NCBI GenBank assembly: GCA_949296965.1
Contig: CASFQL010000010.1
Location: 194,115 to 258,114, forward strand
Origin: an uncultured Christensenella sp.
GTDB taxonomy: Bacteria; Bacillota; Clostridia; Christensenellales; UBA1242
Reading direction: 5' to 3'
Length of the DNA stretch: 64,000 bases
The translations under genes and the position numbers were made by a program. Of the stretch, positions 18,610 through 28,044 are shown one piece after another; positions within the stretch are counted from its first letter, which is position 1; every line of letters begins with the position of its first letter. The notes beneath the pieces are model-generated. The model worked only from the letters and a program-made list of their open reading frames with translations. It searched no databases and was not told where the DNA came from.

Positions 18610-19782
18610 ATGCAAAGAATTTATCTTGATAATGTTGCAACAACAAGTGTTTCTAACGAAGTTTTGACTGAAATGTTACCTGTTTTTTGTGAAAATTTTG
18701 GTAATCCTAACAGTTTACATTCAGTTGGTAGAGATGCTCAGGCTCTCGTAGACAACGCAAGAGATAGAGTTGCAAATTTAATTAATGCTGACAGGGGCGA
18801 AATATTTTTCACTTCTGGTGGAACAGAAGGAAACAACTGGGCTTTATATGGGCTTGCTATGGCAAACAAATCAAAGGGTAATCATATTATTACTTCACAA
18901 ATTGAGCATCATAGTGTGCTTGATATGTGTAAAAGACTTGAAAAGAATGGTTTTGAAGTAACATATCTCCCTGTTGATAAAAATGGCTTAGTTGATATTT
19001 CAATGCTTTTACATTACATTAGTCAAAAGACAATTTTAGTTTCTATTATGGCTGCAAATAATGAAGTAGGGACAATTCAAAATCTTAAAACAATTTCTAA
19101 AATCTGCCACGAAAAGAATGTTTTATTCCATACTGATGCTGTTCAAGCACTTGGTAATTTTAGAATTGATGTTAAAGATTTAGAAATAGATGCAATGACA
19201 ATAAGCGCTCATAAAATTCATGGACCTAAGGGCGTTGGTGCATTGTTTGTAAAGAAGGGAATAAAAATTGAAGGACTTATTGCAGGTGGAGAGCAAGAAA
19301 GAGGCAAAAGAGGCGGAACTCTCAACACTGCTGGTATTGTGGGCTTTGGTAAGGCTTGTGAAATTGTGATGAATAATCATATAGTCGACGGGAAAAAAAT
19401 TAAATATTTAAGAGATTATTTTATTTCTCAGGTTGCAGAACAGATTGAAAATGTTACCATAAATGGACACCCTCATCAAAGAATTGCTAGTTTGGCTAGT
19501 ATTTCATTTGACTGTGTTGACGGTGAGGCACTTATGTATTTACTTGACCTTGCAGAAATTTGTGTTTCAACAGGTTCGGCTTGTTCAAGTGGAAGCCACG
19601 AAATTTCACATGTCCTTCTTGCTATGGGCAGAACACCAGAGGAAGCACAAAGCACTGTTAGATTTTCTTTTGATGTTAACAATACAAAAGAAGAGATTGA
19701 TTATGTTGTTAAAGAACTTAAAAAGAGTGTAGAAAAGTTAAGAACAATTTCTCCACTAAAATTGACAAAGAAGAAAGTTTAA
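18610..19782 (+). CDS. nifS: Cysteine desulfurase (NifS/IscS family)
   Basis: SAHKIHGPKG PLP-lysine motif and GSACSSGS active-site Cys loop. Confidence 0.93.
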   Translation: MQRIYLDNVATTSVSNEVLTEMLPVFCENFGNPNSLHSVGRDAQALVDNARDRVANLINADRGEIFFTSGGTEGNNWALYGLAMANKSKGNHIITSQIEHHSVLDMCKRLEKNGFEVTYLPVDKNGLVDISMLLHYISQKTILVSIMAANNEVGTIQNLKTISKICHEKNVLFHTDAVQALGNFRIDVKDLEIDAMTISAHKIHGPKGVGALFVKKGIKIEGLIAGGEQERGKRGGTLNTAGIVGFGKACEIVMNNHIVDGKKIKYLRDYFISQVAEQIENVTINGHPHQRIASLASISFDCVDGEALMYLLDLAEICVSTGSACSSGSHEISHVLLAMGRTPEEAQSTVRFSFDVNNTKEEIDYVVKELKKSVEKLRTISPLKLTKKKV

Positions 19783-19798
19783 AAGGTGGTGGAAAGTG

Positions 19799-20203
19799 AT
19801 GTATTCTAAAAAAATCATTGACAGGTTTGTTAAAGCAAAAAATAGCGGTCTTTTAAAAGGGGCTAGCGGTGTAGGTTTATTAGTTGATGAAAAAAGTGCC
19901 CAAACTATTAAACTTTACATTAAAGTCGAAGATGATGTAATTGTTGATAGTAAATTTAAAGTTTTTGGTTGTGTTGCAACAATTTCAATTATGGATGCTT
20001 TTGTTGACTTAATTAAAGGAAAGACTATTGAACAGAGTTTAGATGTATCAAAAGATGATATACTATATTTAGTTGGGAATATTCCTTGCGAAAGTGAGTT
20101 ATATCTTTCATTTGCACACGAAGTTTTAAATTTAGCAATTATAAATTTTAGAAAAAAACAAGAAAAACTCTTAAAGAAACTTGAAGAAAGTATGAAAGAT
20201 TAA
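19799..20203 (+). CDS. NifU/IscU-like protein with degenerate cluster ligands
   Basis: Overall IscU-like layout (MYSKKIIDRF..., KLYIKVEDDVIVDSKFKVFGC...LIKGKTIEQ). The canonical CGD and HC motifs are replaced (see findings). ATG 19799 sits behind AAGGTGGTGG. Confidence 0.75.
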   Translation: MYSKKIIDRFVKAKNSGLLKGASGVGLLVDEKSAQTIKLYIKVEDDVIVDSKFKVFGCVATISIMDAFVDLIKGKTIEQSLDVSKDDILYLVGNIPCESELYLSFAHEVLNLAIINFRKKQEKLLKKLEESMKD

Positions 20204-20475
20204 TTTTTGATAATTAACAACTTTATTTAATTAAAGTTTTTTAATAAAAGATATCTAAGTTATGTTTAATGTTTAAATTTATATGACTTATTCCTCTTAC
20301 TTATTTAGAAAAATTTTATCTATTCGTTACTTGATTAAAAAATTTTTATCTATTCGTTAACTGTTTAATAAATTCTTATTTCTTAAATCATTTTTTTAAA
20401 ATTTTTTAATTTTACTTAAAATATAGATAACACTAGATTAGTTATTTTTCTTTTTATAAATTATGCAAAAAACTA

Positions 20476-20504
20476 TTGCATAATTTTTTTTTGTATGATA
20501 GAAT
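20476..20504 (+). promoter_or_regulatory. Sigma-A type promoter for rpsB-tsf
   Basis: TTGCAT (20476-20481), 17 nt spacer, TAGAAT (20499-20504), with TG at 20496-20497 (extended -10). Confidence 0.55.
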
Positions 20505-20510
20505 AAGTCG

Positions 20511-20609
20511 TTTTAAAATTCGCACCTAGAAACTTTCTTGTGCCTAACTATTTAGGTAAGTGTTTTCACAATTTCTAGGGAGGATTAACAAGAAGGAGGA
20601 TTTATTTTT
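20511..20609 (+). promoter_or_regulatory. Structured 5' leader of rpsB (candidate S2 autoregulatory leader)
   Basis: CCTAGAAA (20525-20532) is complementary to TTTCTAGG (20572-20579) and encloses hairpin CCTAA-cta-TTAGG. This sits just upstream of SD GAAGGAGG. Confidence 0.3.
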
Positions 20610-21392
20610 ATGCCAGTAATTTCAATGAAACAATTATTAGAGGCAGGGGTTCATTTTGGTCATCAATCAAATAAGTGGAACCCAAAGATGAAGAAGTATA
20701 TTTTTACTACAAGAAATGACATTCATATCATTAATCTTGAGGATACTTCGGTTTTATGTGATAAGGCTTATTTCTTTATAAGAGATATGGTCGCAAGCGG
20801 TAAGAGTGTTTTGTTTGTTGGAACAAAAAAGCAAGCCCAAGAAGCAATCGAACAAGATGCAAAGAGATGCGGTATGTATTACATTGTCAATCGTTGGCTT
20901 GGTGGGACTTTGACAAACTTTAAAACAATTAGAGCAAGAATTACAAGACTTAATAGACTTAATCAAATGGAGCAGGTTGGAGAATTTGAACTACTTCCTA
21001 AGAAAGAAGTCGCTAAGTTGATAGCAGAAAGGGATAAATTGGAAAAAAATCTCGGCGGTATCAAAGATATGACTGAACTTCCTGGACTTTTATTTGTGGT
21101 TGATCCTAAAAAGGAACATATTGCAGTTAAAGAAGCACATTCTTTAAATATTCCTGTTGTGGGTATTGTTGATACAAATTGCGATCCTGATGATGTCGAT
21201 TATCCAATTCCTGCAAATGATGATGCAATAAGGTCAGTTAAATTGATTGTAAGTGCTATGGCCGATGCTGTTATTGAAGCAAAAGAAGGTGTCGCACCAA
21301 GACTTAATAACGAAGAAGATTTTAGTCAAAGCGAAGACCAAGAAGAATTAAAAATGGCAGATATGCTTAAAGAAGAAAGCCAAAAAAATTAA
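20610..21392 (+). CDS. rpsB: 30S ribosomal protein S2
   Basis: [20 protein letters not shown]-terminus. Confidence 0.97.
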   Translation: MPVISMKQLLEAGVHFGHQSNKWNPKMKKYIFTTRNDIHIINLEDTSVLCDKAYFFIRDMVASGKSVLFVGTKKQAQEAIEQDAKRCGMYYIVNRWLGGTLTNFKTIRARITRLNRLNQMEQVGEFELLPKKEVAKLIAERDKLEKNLGGIKDMTELPGLLFVVDPKKEHIAVKEAHSLNIPVVGIVDTNCDPDDVDYPIPANDDAIRSVKLIVSAMADAVIEAKEGVAPRLNNEEDFSQSEDQEELKMADMLKEESQKN

Positions 21393-21421
21393 TTTATACC
21401 TAAAAAGGAGATTTTTACACT

Positions 21422-22069
21422 ATGATTAATGCTAGTGATATTAAAGAATTAAGAGCAAAAACAGGTGCTGGTATACAAGATTGCCAAAAAGCACTTGCAG
21501 CAAATAATGGGGATATGGAAAAAGCAGTTGCTTATTTAAGAGAAAAGGGTATTGCCTCCGTTGCTAAGAAGGCTTCTCGTATTGCAGGGGAAGGTGTTGT
21601 TGGTAGTTATATTCATATGGGCGGAAAGATTGGCGTTTTAGTAGAAATTAATTGCGAAACAGATTTCGTTGCAAAGAGTGCTGAATTTAATGAATTAGTA
21701 AAAGATGTTGCTATGCAAATTGCTGCTGCTAAACCTGAATTTGTTAGAATTGAAGAAGTCCCAGCAGAAAATGTAGAAAAAGAAAAAGAAATTTTAATTG
21801 CACAAGCAAAAAATGAAGGGAAACCTCAAAACATTGCTGAAAAAATGGTAGAGGGTCGTATTAAAAAATACTACAAAGATGTTTGTCTTATGGAACAAGA
21901 GTTTGTTAAAGACCCATCTAAAACTATTTCAGACCTTATTACCGAGGCTACTTTAAGGATTGGCGAAAAGATAACTATTAGAAGATTTGTTAGATTTGAA
22001 ATGGGTGAAGGCCTCGAAAAAAGACAAGATAACTTTGCTGAAGAAGTTATGAGCCAAATGAAAGGTTAA
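21422..22069 (+). CDS. tsf: Elongation factor Ts (short form)
   Basis: [22 protein letters not shown]-like N-terminus; rpsB-tsf synteny. Confidence 0.95.
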   Translation: MINASDIKELRAKTGAGIQDCQKALAANNGDMEKAVAYLREKGIASVAKKASRIAGEGVVGSYIHMGGKIGVLVEINCETDFVAKSAEFNELVKDVAMQIAAAKPEFVRIEEVPAENVEKEKEILIAQAKNEGKPQNIAEKMVEGRIKKYYKDVCLMEQEFVKDPSKTISDLITEATLRIGEKITIRRFVRFEMGEGLEKRQDNFAEEVMSQMKG

Positions 22070-22082
22070 AATTATTTAAAAG

Positions 22083-22106
22083 GTGCAATTTATTTGCACT
22101 TTTTTT
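22083..22106 (+). terminator. Intrinsic terminator after tsf
   Basis: GTGCAA-tttat-TTGCAC followed by T7. Confidence 0.65.
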
Positions 22107-22176
22107 GTGTCAAAAATGCTTTTAATTTTATTTTTTTTATGATATTATAAAATCGTAATTTATTGTTGAGGTTTTT

Positions 22177-22590
22177 ATGCGTAAGATGGGGATTGATTAT
22201 GGAGATGTTCGCATTGGCATTGCTTTTAGTGATTTGCTTGGTATTATTGCTAATGGATACGAGTCATATACAAGGATTGATTTAGACAAAGATTTAGATT
22301 ATCTTACAAAACTTGCTAAAAATAACGAAGTCGATGATATTATAATGGGTTTGCCTATCAATATGGACGGAACTGAGGGAGAAAGAGCAATAAAGACAAG
22401 AGAATTTGGCTCCTTGCTCGAAGAAAAGTCTGGGTTAAAGGTAAAATATGTCGACGAGAGGTTGACTAGTGTGAGTGCAGAGAGATTGCTTATTGAAGCA
22501 GATGTAAGAAGGGAAAATAGAAAGAAAGTTATTGATAAAATCTCAGCAACAATAATATTGCAAAGTTATTTGGATAGAAACTCAAAATAA
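22177..22590 (+). CDS. ruvX: Putative pre-16S rRNA nuclease / Holliday junction resolvase-like YqgF (RuvX)
   Basis: MGIDYGDVRIGIAFSD N-terminal RNase H-fold motif; about 137 aa. Confidence 0.9.
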   Translation: MRKMGIDYGDVRIGIAFSDLLGIIANGYESYTRIDLDKDLDYLTKLAKNNEVDDIIMGLPINMDGTEGERAIKTREFGSLLEEKSGLKVKYVDERLTSVSAERLLIEADVRRENRKKVIDKISATIILQSYLDRNSK

Positions 22591-22603
22591 AGGAGATAGA
22601 AAA

Positions 22604-22978
22604 ATGAGTGAAAAAAATAAAGATGAAATAAAAAATCCAATTGATTGTTTGTTTGACGAAAATGACAACAGCCCAATTTCATTGTTTAACGAAAAGGGAG
22701 AAGAAGTTAAGTTTGAACAAATTGCAATCATTCCAATAGAGGAACAAATTTACGCAATTTTAAAACCAATGGAAGAAATGGAGGGTATTGGCGAAGACGA
22801 GGCTCTTGTTTTTGAAATTGTTGAAGGCAATGAAGATGATAGCGAAGATGGGGGAGATTTCTTAAATCTTGTTTCTGATATTGATGTTATAGATAAAGTT
22901 TTTGATGTTTATAACAAATTAATGGACGAAGAAGAAGCAAAACAAAATATTGATAAGAATAACAAAGGGAAAAAATAA
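22604..22978 (+). CDS. DUF1292 family acidic protein
   Basis: Small acidic protein directly after ruvX, with the pattern DENGNE..FE..A conserved in the Firmicute ruvX-DUF1292 pair. Confidence 0.7.
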   Translation: MSEKNKDEIKNPIDCLFDENDNSPISLFNEKGEEVKFEQIAIIPIEEQIYAILKPMEEMEGIGEDEALVFEIVEGNEDDSEDGGDFLNLVSDIDVIDKVFDVYNKLMDEEEAKQNIDKNNKGKK

Positions 22979-24444
22979 TGGACTTACAAAATTTATCCAG
23001 CGAGATTGATGTTAGAAAAGAAAAAATTAAAAAGTTAAAAGAACAAGGTTTTGTCGTATATAAAGAAAAATATGATAGAACTCATACATTACTTGAAGCA
23101 AAGACTTTACCTGATGGAGAAAAAGTTAAAGTTTGTGGTCGTATAACTTTTAGAAGAATTATGGGCAAACTTAGTTTTTTTGCAATTGAAGATGTCAATG
23201 CTAGACTTCAAGTAAGTATTAGTAGAAATGAAATTTCAGAAGAAGACTATGCATTTTTTAAATCAATGGTCGACACGGGTGATTTTATTGGTGTTGAAGG
23301 GGAATTATATACCACTCATACGGGAGAAAAAACCGTTAGAACTCATAATTTTGATTTGCTTTCAAAGGCAATTTTACCTTTACCAGAAAAATTTCACGGG
23401 CTTACTAATATGGACCAAAGATACCGTGAAAGATGTATGGATCTTGTTAGTAATGAAGAAAGTAGAAAAGTTTTCTTAAAAAGAAGCAAGTTCTTAACTT
23501 TTTTACGCAATTTTTTAGGAGAAAATGGTTTTATTGAAGTTGAAACCCCTATTTTACAGAGTGCTGTTTGTGGTGCAAGCGCAAAACCTTTTTTCACAAA
23601 ACATAATGCACTTAACAAAATTTGTAATTTAAGAATTGCCCCTGAGGTTTATTTAAAACAAGTTATTGCTGGTGGTTTTGATAGAGTTTTTGAAGTCGCA
23701 AAATGTTTTAGAAATGAAGGTATGGACCCTAGTCATTTACAAGAGTTTACTATGGTTGAGTGGTATGCTTCTTATTGGAATTTTGAAGATAATATTAAGT
23801 TTTTCACTAAATTTATTAGAGAAGCAATTAATTGTGTTTGTGATGGTAATATGATTGTCAATTTTAAAGGTAAAGAACTTGATTTTTCAAAAGAATTTAA
23901 AAGAATTAATTATACCGAAAGAATTAATGAAATTTTAGGATTTAATGTCCTTGATTATACTGATGTCAATAAATTAAAATCAAAGATTGTTGAAACGGGG
24001 CTTTTTTCTATGAATGATTTTGAAGATTGCAAAACAGTCGGCGGTGTTATTGATTTCATATATAAGAGAAAAATTAGAGAAAATATTGTTGAACCAACTG
24101 TTCTATTTAATTATCCTGCTTGCCTTGTTCCACTTGCAAGAAGAAATGACGAAGATAGTAGAAGAATTGATATGTTTCAAGTCCTTGTATGCGGGGACGA
24201 GATTTGTAAAGCATATTCAGAACTCGTTGACCCTATTGTTCAAAGGGAAACTCTTGAAGAACAAGCAAACGCCCGTAAACAAGGTGATGATGAAGCAATG
24301 GAACTTGATGAAGACTTTTTAAATGCAATGGAACATGGTATGCCACCAATTTCAGGGCTAGGATTTGGTGTTGATAGAATGATGTGTTTACTTACAGGAC
24401 AAGAGTCTGTCCGTGATGTTGTGCTTTTCCCACTTATGAAATAA
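22978..24444 (+). CDS. lysS: Lysine--tRNA ligase (class II)
   Basis: OB-fold N domain, CFRNEGMDPSHLQEFTMVEWY motif 2 region and GFGVDRMMCLLTG motif 3. Confidence 0.95.
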   Translation: MDLQNLSSEIDVRKEKIKKLKEQGFVVYKEKYDRTHTLLEAKTLPDGEKVKVCGRITFRRIMGKLSFFAIEDVNARLQVSISRNEISEEDYAFFKSMVDTGDFIGVEGELYTTHTGEKTVRTHNFDLLSKAILPLPEKFHGLTNMDQRYRERCMDLVSNEESRKVFLKRSKFLTFLRNFLGENGFIEVETPILQSAVCGASAKPFFTKHNALNKICNLRIAPEVYLKQVIAGGFDRVFEVAKCFRNEGMDPSHLQEFTMVEWYASYWNFEDNIKFFTKFIREAINCVCDGNMIVNFKGKELDFSKEFKRINYTERINEILGFNVLDYTDVNKLKSKIVETGLFSMNDFEDCKTVGGVIDFIYKRKIRENIVEPTVLFNYPACLVPLARRNDEDSRRIDMFQVLVCGDEICKAYSELVDPIVQRETLEEQANARKQGDDEAMELDEDFLNAMEHGMPPISGLGFGVDRMMCLLTGQESVRDVVLFPLMK

Positions 24445-24457
24445 AAATCAAAAGAAA

Positions 24458-24488
24458 AGGATTAAGAAAAAGGTCTTAATCCTTTTTT
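24458..24488 (+). terminator. Intrinsic terminator after lysS
   Basis: AGGATTAAG (24458-24466) pairs with CTTAATCCT (24475-24483), followed by T-run 24483-24488. Confidence 0.75.
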
Positions 24489-24893
24489 GCTTTTACAAAT
24501 TTATTAAATAATAAAATAATTTGCTTATTAAAAAAATTAAGAGTTTTAAATTCTGTTTTATTGTAGATTTTAAATATTTTTTCTAATTTTAGTTAAAGGA
24601 TATCTTTCTAAAAATTCTTAGTGCAAGTATGTTAAGCAAGGTTCTTTCTTCTTTTAAAAAGTATATTTATTAAATAAAAAAACTTATATTATGGAGATTA
24701 AAAATGTTTTGAGAAAAAATTTATTCTCACAAAAGACAAACTGTAATGCTTATAAATTATTAAAATTTGTAAAAAGTTTTAAGATTACATAAATTTATTA
24801 AATATTTTTATTTTTAATAAAATACAAATTCTTTAAAAATTTTACTTTATTTTACAAATATTATTTTTTATATTGTGAGTATTACATAATTAA

Positions 24894-25673
24894 ATGCATA
24901 AAATAGTCATAGGTTTAAATTATATGTGGGAATATTGTATTTGTTTTGAAAGCGACATAGAAGCAAAAGTTTTTGTTGATAAGATTTTTAATTATGTAAA
25001 AAGCAACAAAGGAATTGTTGTTAATATTTCCTCATGTGGTTTTTATAAGGTTTTAGTTGCTGTGCCTGTGGAAAAGAAAAAATTTGTTACAATTTATTTA
25101 TGTGAAAGACTTGCGGAAGTTATTTTGACCGTTTATAAGAAAAATTATATTAAGAACGGACTAAATTTTGAACAACCTCAAACTACAAATATGAATATTT
25201 TTTTGCAGGCGCTTTATTGTTTTGATAGTGATATTGACAAGCAAATTATTTTAGAAAGAATAAAACTAAAAGATAAATTATATCTAGGCTCGTTTATTGA
25301 TTTTAGATTAAAGTTCCTCAAATGCAAATGGGATGAATTAGTTACTCTTGCAAACGATAACATAATGTATCTTTTAAGTGATGACAGTTTTATTGAACTA
25401 ATTAAATTTCTAATTAGCAATTTAGACCATAGGGTATATGCTGTTAATATTTTTTCAAAAGAGAATTGCTATCTTTTATGCGACTTAGAAGGGAAAGTCA
25501 TTAATGACTTTTTACTTGATAGGAACATTGTTTATGATGATGGTAAATTACTCACTTCACTAATTGCTTTAAACCCAGAAAAAATAATTTTACACTGCAA
25601 TAGTTTTTTGAAAGACAATTTAATTAAAAATTTATATAATTTATTTTCTAATAGAATTGAAATTTGTAAATAA
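24894..25673 (+). CDS. ytxC: Putative sporulation protein YtxC-like
   Basis: Call rests on position immediately upstream of the thrS T-box leader (as B. subtilis ytxC-thrS) and on size (~260 aa). I can cite no strong motif. Confidence 0.5.
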   Translation: MHKIVIGLNYMWEYCICFESDIEAKVFVDKIFNYVKSNKGIVVNISSCGFYKVLVAVPVEKKKFVTIYLCERLAEVILTVYKKNYIKNGLNFEQPQTTNMNIFLQALYCFDSDIDKQIILERIKLKDKLYLGSFIDFRLKFLKCKWDELVTLANDNIMYLLSDDSFIELIKFLISNLDHRVYAVNIFSKENCYLLCDLEGKVINDFLLDRNIVYDDGKLLTSLIALNPEKIILHCNSFLKDNLIKNLYNLFSNRIEICK

Positions 25674-25691
25674 TTTTTTATAGATTATTTA

Positions 25692-25720
25692 TTGACATTA
25701 TTTTATATTCATATTAAAAT
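25692..25720 (+). promoter_or_regulatory. Sigma-A type promoter of thrS leader
   Basis: TTGACA (25692-25697), 17 nt spacer, TAAAAT (25715-25720). Confidence 0.6.
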
Positions 25721-25726
25721 AAAAAA

Positions 25727-25975
25727 GTAATCATAGTTAAGGCATTTGACAAGTAGGACTTAATATGGCTTTACCAGAGAAGGCAACAAATGGTGGAAGT
25801 TGCGTAAAAGTTCAGTTTTGTTACGAAACCACAAATTGCTCTATGTATTTTCGTAATTTTTAGAAAAAAATTACATAAAGTGGTTAATTTTTTAACAATA
25901 AAGGTGGAACCGCGGAAAAAGATATTGTTTTTTCGTCCTTTAACAATTTTTTAATTTGTTAAAGGGCTTTTTATT
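25727..25975 (+). promoter_or_regulatory. T-box riboswitch leader, threonine specifier (ACC)
   Basis: Stem I AGAGA and TGGTGGAAG distal-loop motifs. Specifier-loop context GAA-ACC-A (ACC at 25828-25830). T-box sequence AAAGGTGGAACCGCG (25900-25914). Terminator CCTTTAACAA / TTGTTAAAGG (25937-25966) plus T-run. Confidence 0.88.
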
Positions 25976-26000
25976 TTTATTAAAAAGGGGAAAGTTTAAA

Positions 26001-27728
26001 ATGGCTGAAAATAAATTAAATATGTATAGACACAGTTGTAGCCATGTTCTAGCAAAAGCAGTCGACAAGTTATTTAAAGATGTAAAAAATACAATAGGTC
26101 CTGCAATTAATGATGGATTTTACTATGATTTTGATTTGAAAGAAACGATTACACCAGATGATTTTAAAAAAATAGAAAAGGAAATGAAAAGAATTATTTC
26201 GCTTGATGAAAAATTTGAAAGAAAGGTTGTAAGTAAATCACAGGCACTTGATATTTTTAAAGACAATCCTTACAAAGTAGAACTAATTGAGAATTTACCA
26301 GAGGATGAACAAATTTCAATTTATACTCTTGGCGATGATTGGTGTGATTTGTGTAGGGGCCCTCATGTAGAGAGTTCTAAACAGTTGAAAAATTTTGCTT
26401 TTAAAGTAAACAGAGTAAGCGGGGCATATTGGCACGGTGATGAAAAAAATAAAATGCTTCAAAGAGTTTATGTTTTTGGTTTTGAAAGTCAAAATGAACT
26501 TGATGAACATATTAAATTTTTAGAAGAAGCAAAAAAGAGAGACCATAGAAGGTTGGGGAAAGATTTGGGACTTTTCTTTATTTCAGATTATGCACAAGGT
26601 ATGCCTTTTTATATGCCAAAAGGTTTAATTGTCAAAAATTTATTGATTGATTTTTGGAGAGAAGAACATAAAAAGGCTGGTTATATTGAAATTGAAACTC
26701 CTATTGCACTAGATAAAAGTTTATGGGAACTTTCTGGGCATTGGGACCATTATAAAAAGAATATGTATACCTTTGCGGTTGAAGATACTGAATTTGCAAT
26801 AAAACCTATGAACTGCCCAGGCGGAATGCTTTATTATAAAGAAAATTTACATTCTTATAAGGAATTTCCTTTGCGTGTTGGAGAACTTGGTAAAGTCCAT
26901 AGACACGAGGCTAGTGGGACATTGCACGGACTTTTTAGAGTTAGAAGTTTTACCCAAGATGATGCTCATATTTTTATGTTACCAGAACAAATTGAGAGCG
27001 AAGTTTCAAATGTATTAAAACTAGTTGACAAAATGTATTCTGCTTTTGGACTTACTTATCACCTTGAAATTTCTACAATGCCAGACGACCATATTGGAGA
27101 TGAAAAGACTTGGAGAGATGCTGAAACCGCTTTAAAAAATGCACTTAATAAGATTGGTAAAGATTATATAATAAACGAAGGCGATGGGGCTTTTTATGGA
27201 CCTAAAATTGATATTCATATTAAAGATGCTATTGGTAGAACTTGGCAATGTGGAACTATTCAGTTAGATATGAATTTGCCAAAGAGGTTTGGACTAGAAT
27301 ATACTGACAGCGATGGTTCTAAAAAAGAACCTGTTATGATTCATAGAGTAATTTATGGATCAATTGATAGATTCATTGGAATAATTACTGAGAATTTTGC
27401 AGGTGCTTTCCCATTGTGGCTTGCCCCTGTTCAAGTTAAAATTTTAAACATCAATGACGCAGTTCTTCCATATGCAAGGGAAGTCCAATCAAAATTAGAA
27501 CAATGTGGGTTTAGAGTCGAACTTGATGATAGAAATGAAAAAGTTGGTAAAAAAATTAGAGAGGCTCAACTTAATAAAATTCCTTATATGTTGGTTCTTG
27601 GGGAAAAGGAAATGCAAGAAAAAAATATTTGTGTTAGAAGTAGAGCACAGGGCGATTTAGGAAGCCAAGATTTAGATAGTTTTATTCTTGCACTTAAAGA
27701 AGAACGAGATAGTAAAAAGATTATGTAA
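26001..27728 (+). CDS. thrS: Threonine--tRNA ligase (no N-terminal TGS domain)
   Basis: RHSCSHVLAKAV editing-domain start, FRVRSFTQDDAHIF motif 2 and GTIQLDMNLPKRF. I trimmed the start to ATG 26001 behind AAAGGGGA; the track start 25956 lies inside the T-box terminator. Confidence 0.95.
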   Translation: MAENKLNMYRHSCSHVLAKAVDKLFKDVKNTIGPAINDGFYYDFDLKETITPDDFKKIEKEMKRIISLDEKFERKVVSKSQALDIFKDNPYKVELIENLPEDEQISIYTLGDDWCDLCRGPHVESSKQLKNFAFKVNRVSGAYWHGDEKNKMLQRVYVFGFESQNELDEHIKFLEEAKKRDHRRLGKDLGLFFISDYAQGMPFYMPKGLIVKNLLIDFWREEHKKAGYIEIETPIALDKSLWELSGHWDHYKKNMYTFAVEDTEFAIKPMNCPGGMLYYKENLHSYKEFPLRVGELGKVHRHEASGTLHGLFRVRSFTQDDAHIFMLPEQIESEVSNVLKLVDKMYSAFGLTYHLEISTMPDDHIGDEKTWRDAETALKNALNKIGKDYIINEGDGAFYGPKIDIHIKDAIGRTWQCGTIQLDMNLPKRFGLEYTDSDGSKKEPVMIHRVIYGSIDRFIGIITENFAGAFPLWLAPVQVKILNINDAVLPYAREVQSKLEQCGFRVELDDRNEKVGKKIREAQLNKIPYMLVLGEKEMQEKNICVRSRAQGDLGSQDLDSFILALKEERDSKKIM

Positions 27729-27863
27729 ATAAATATTTTTATTAAAAGTTTTTAATATTTTTATTAGATTTTCATATTATATTAGTGATTAATAATTTTA
27801 ACCTATTTAAAAAAAATTAAAAAAATGATAAAATAAGTTAGTTGGTAAGCAATTAATCTATGC

Positions 27864-27950
27864 GGGGCTGTGAGTGGCGGGCTTTAAGCCCGCAAAACAC
27901 GAAAGTTTCGTGTTTTCAAATTTGATTTTATCAAATTTTCTCACAGCCCC
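27864..27950. repeat. Four-way-junction intergenic element, copy d (divergent, G+C-rich)
   Basis: Closing stem GGGGCTGTGAG / CTCACAGCCCC encloses GCGGGCTT-taa..GCCCGC, AAAACACGAAA-gtt-TCGTGTTTT and AAATTTGAT-ttt-ATCAAATTT. Confidence 0.75.
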
Positions 27951-28010
27951 AAACTATACTAGTATAAGTTTGGGTAAAAAGAAATAATTTAATAAATATT
28001 TAATTTTTCA

Positions 28011-28039
28011 TTGACAAAATGATATTAATATGTTAATAT
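28011..28039 (+). promoter_or_regulatory. Sigma-A type promoter of infC-rpmI-rplT operon
   Basis: TTGACA (28011-28016), 17 nt spacer, TAATAT (28034-28039). Confidence 0.6.
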
Positions 28040-28044
28040 TCTAA

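Noticed and set aside
24691-24792. 33-codon ORF (MEIKNVLRKNLFSQKTNCNAYKLLKFVKSFKIT) in the lysS-ytxC gap.
   Set aside because: It has no Shine-Dalgarno sequence, an AT-driven Lys/Asn/Phe-rich composition, and no recognisable family.
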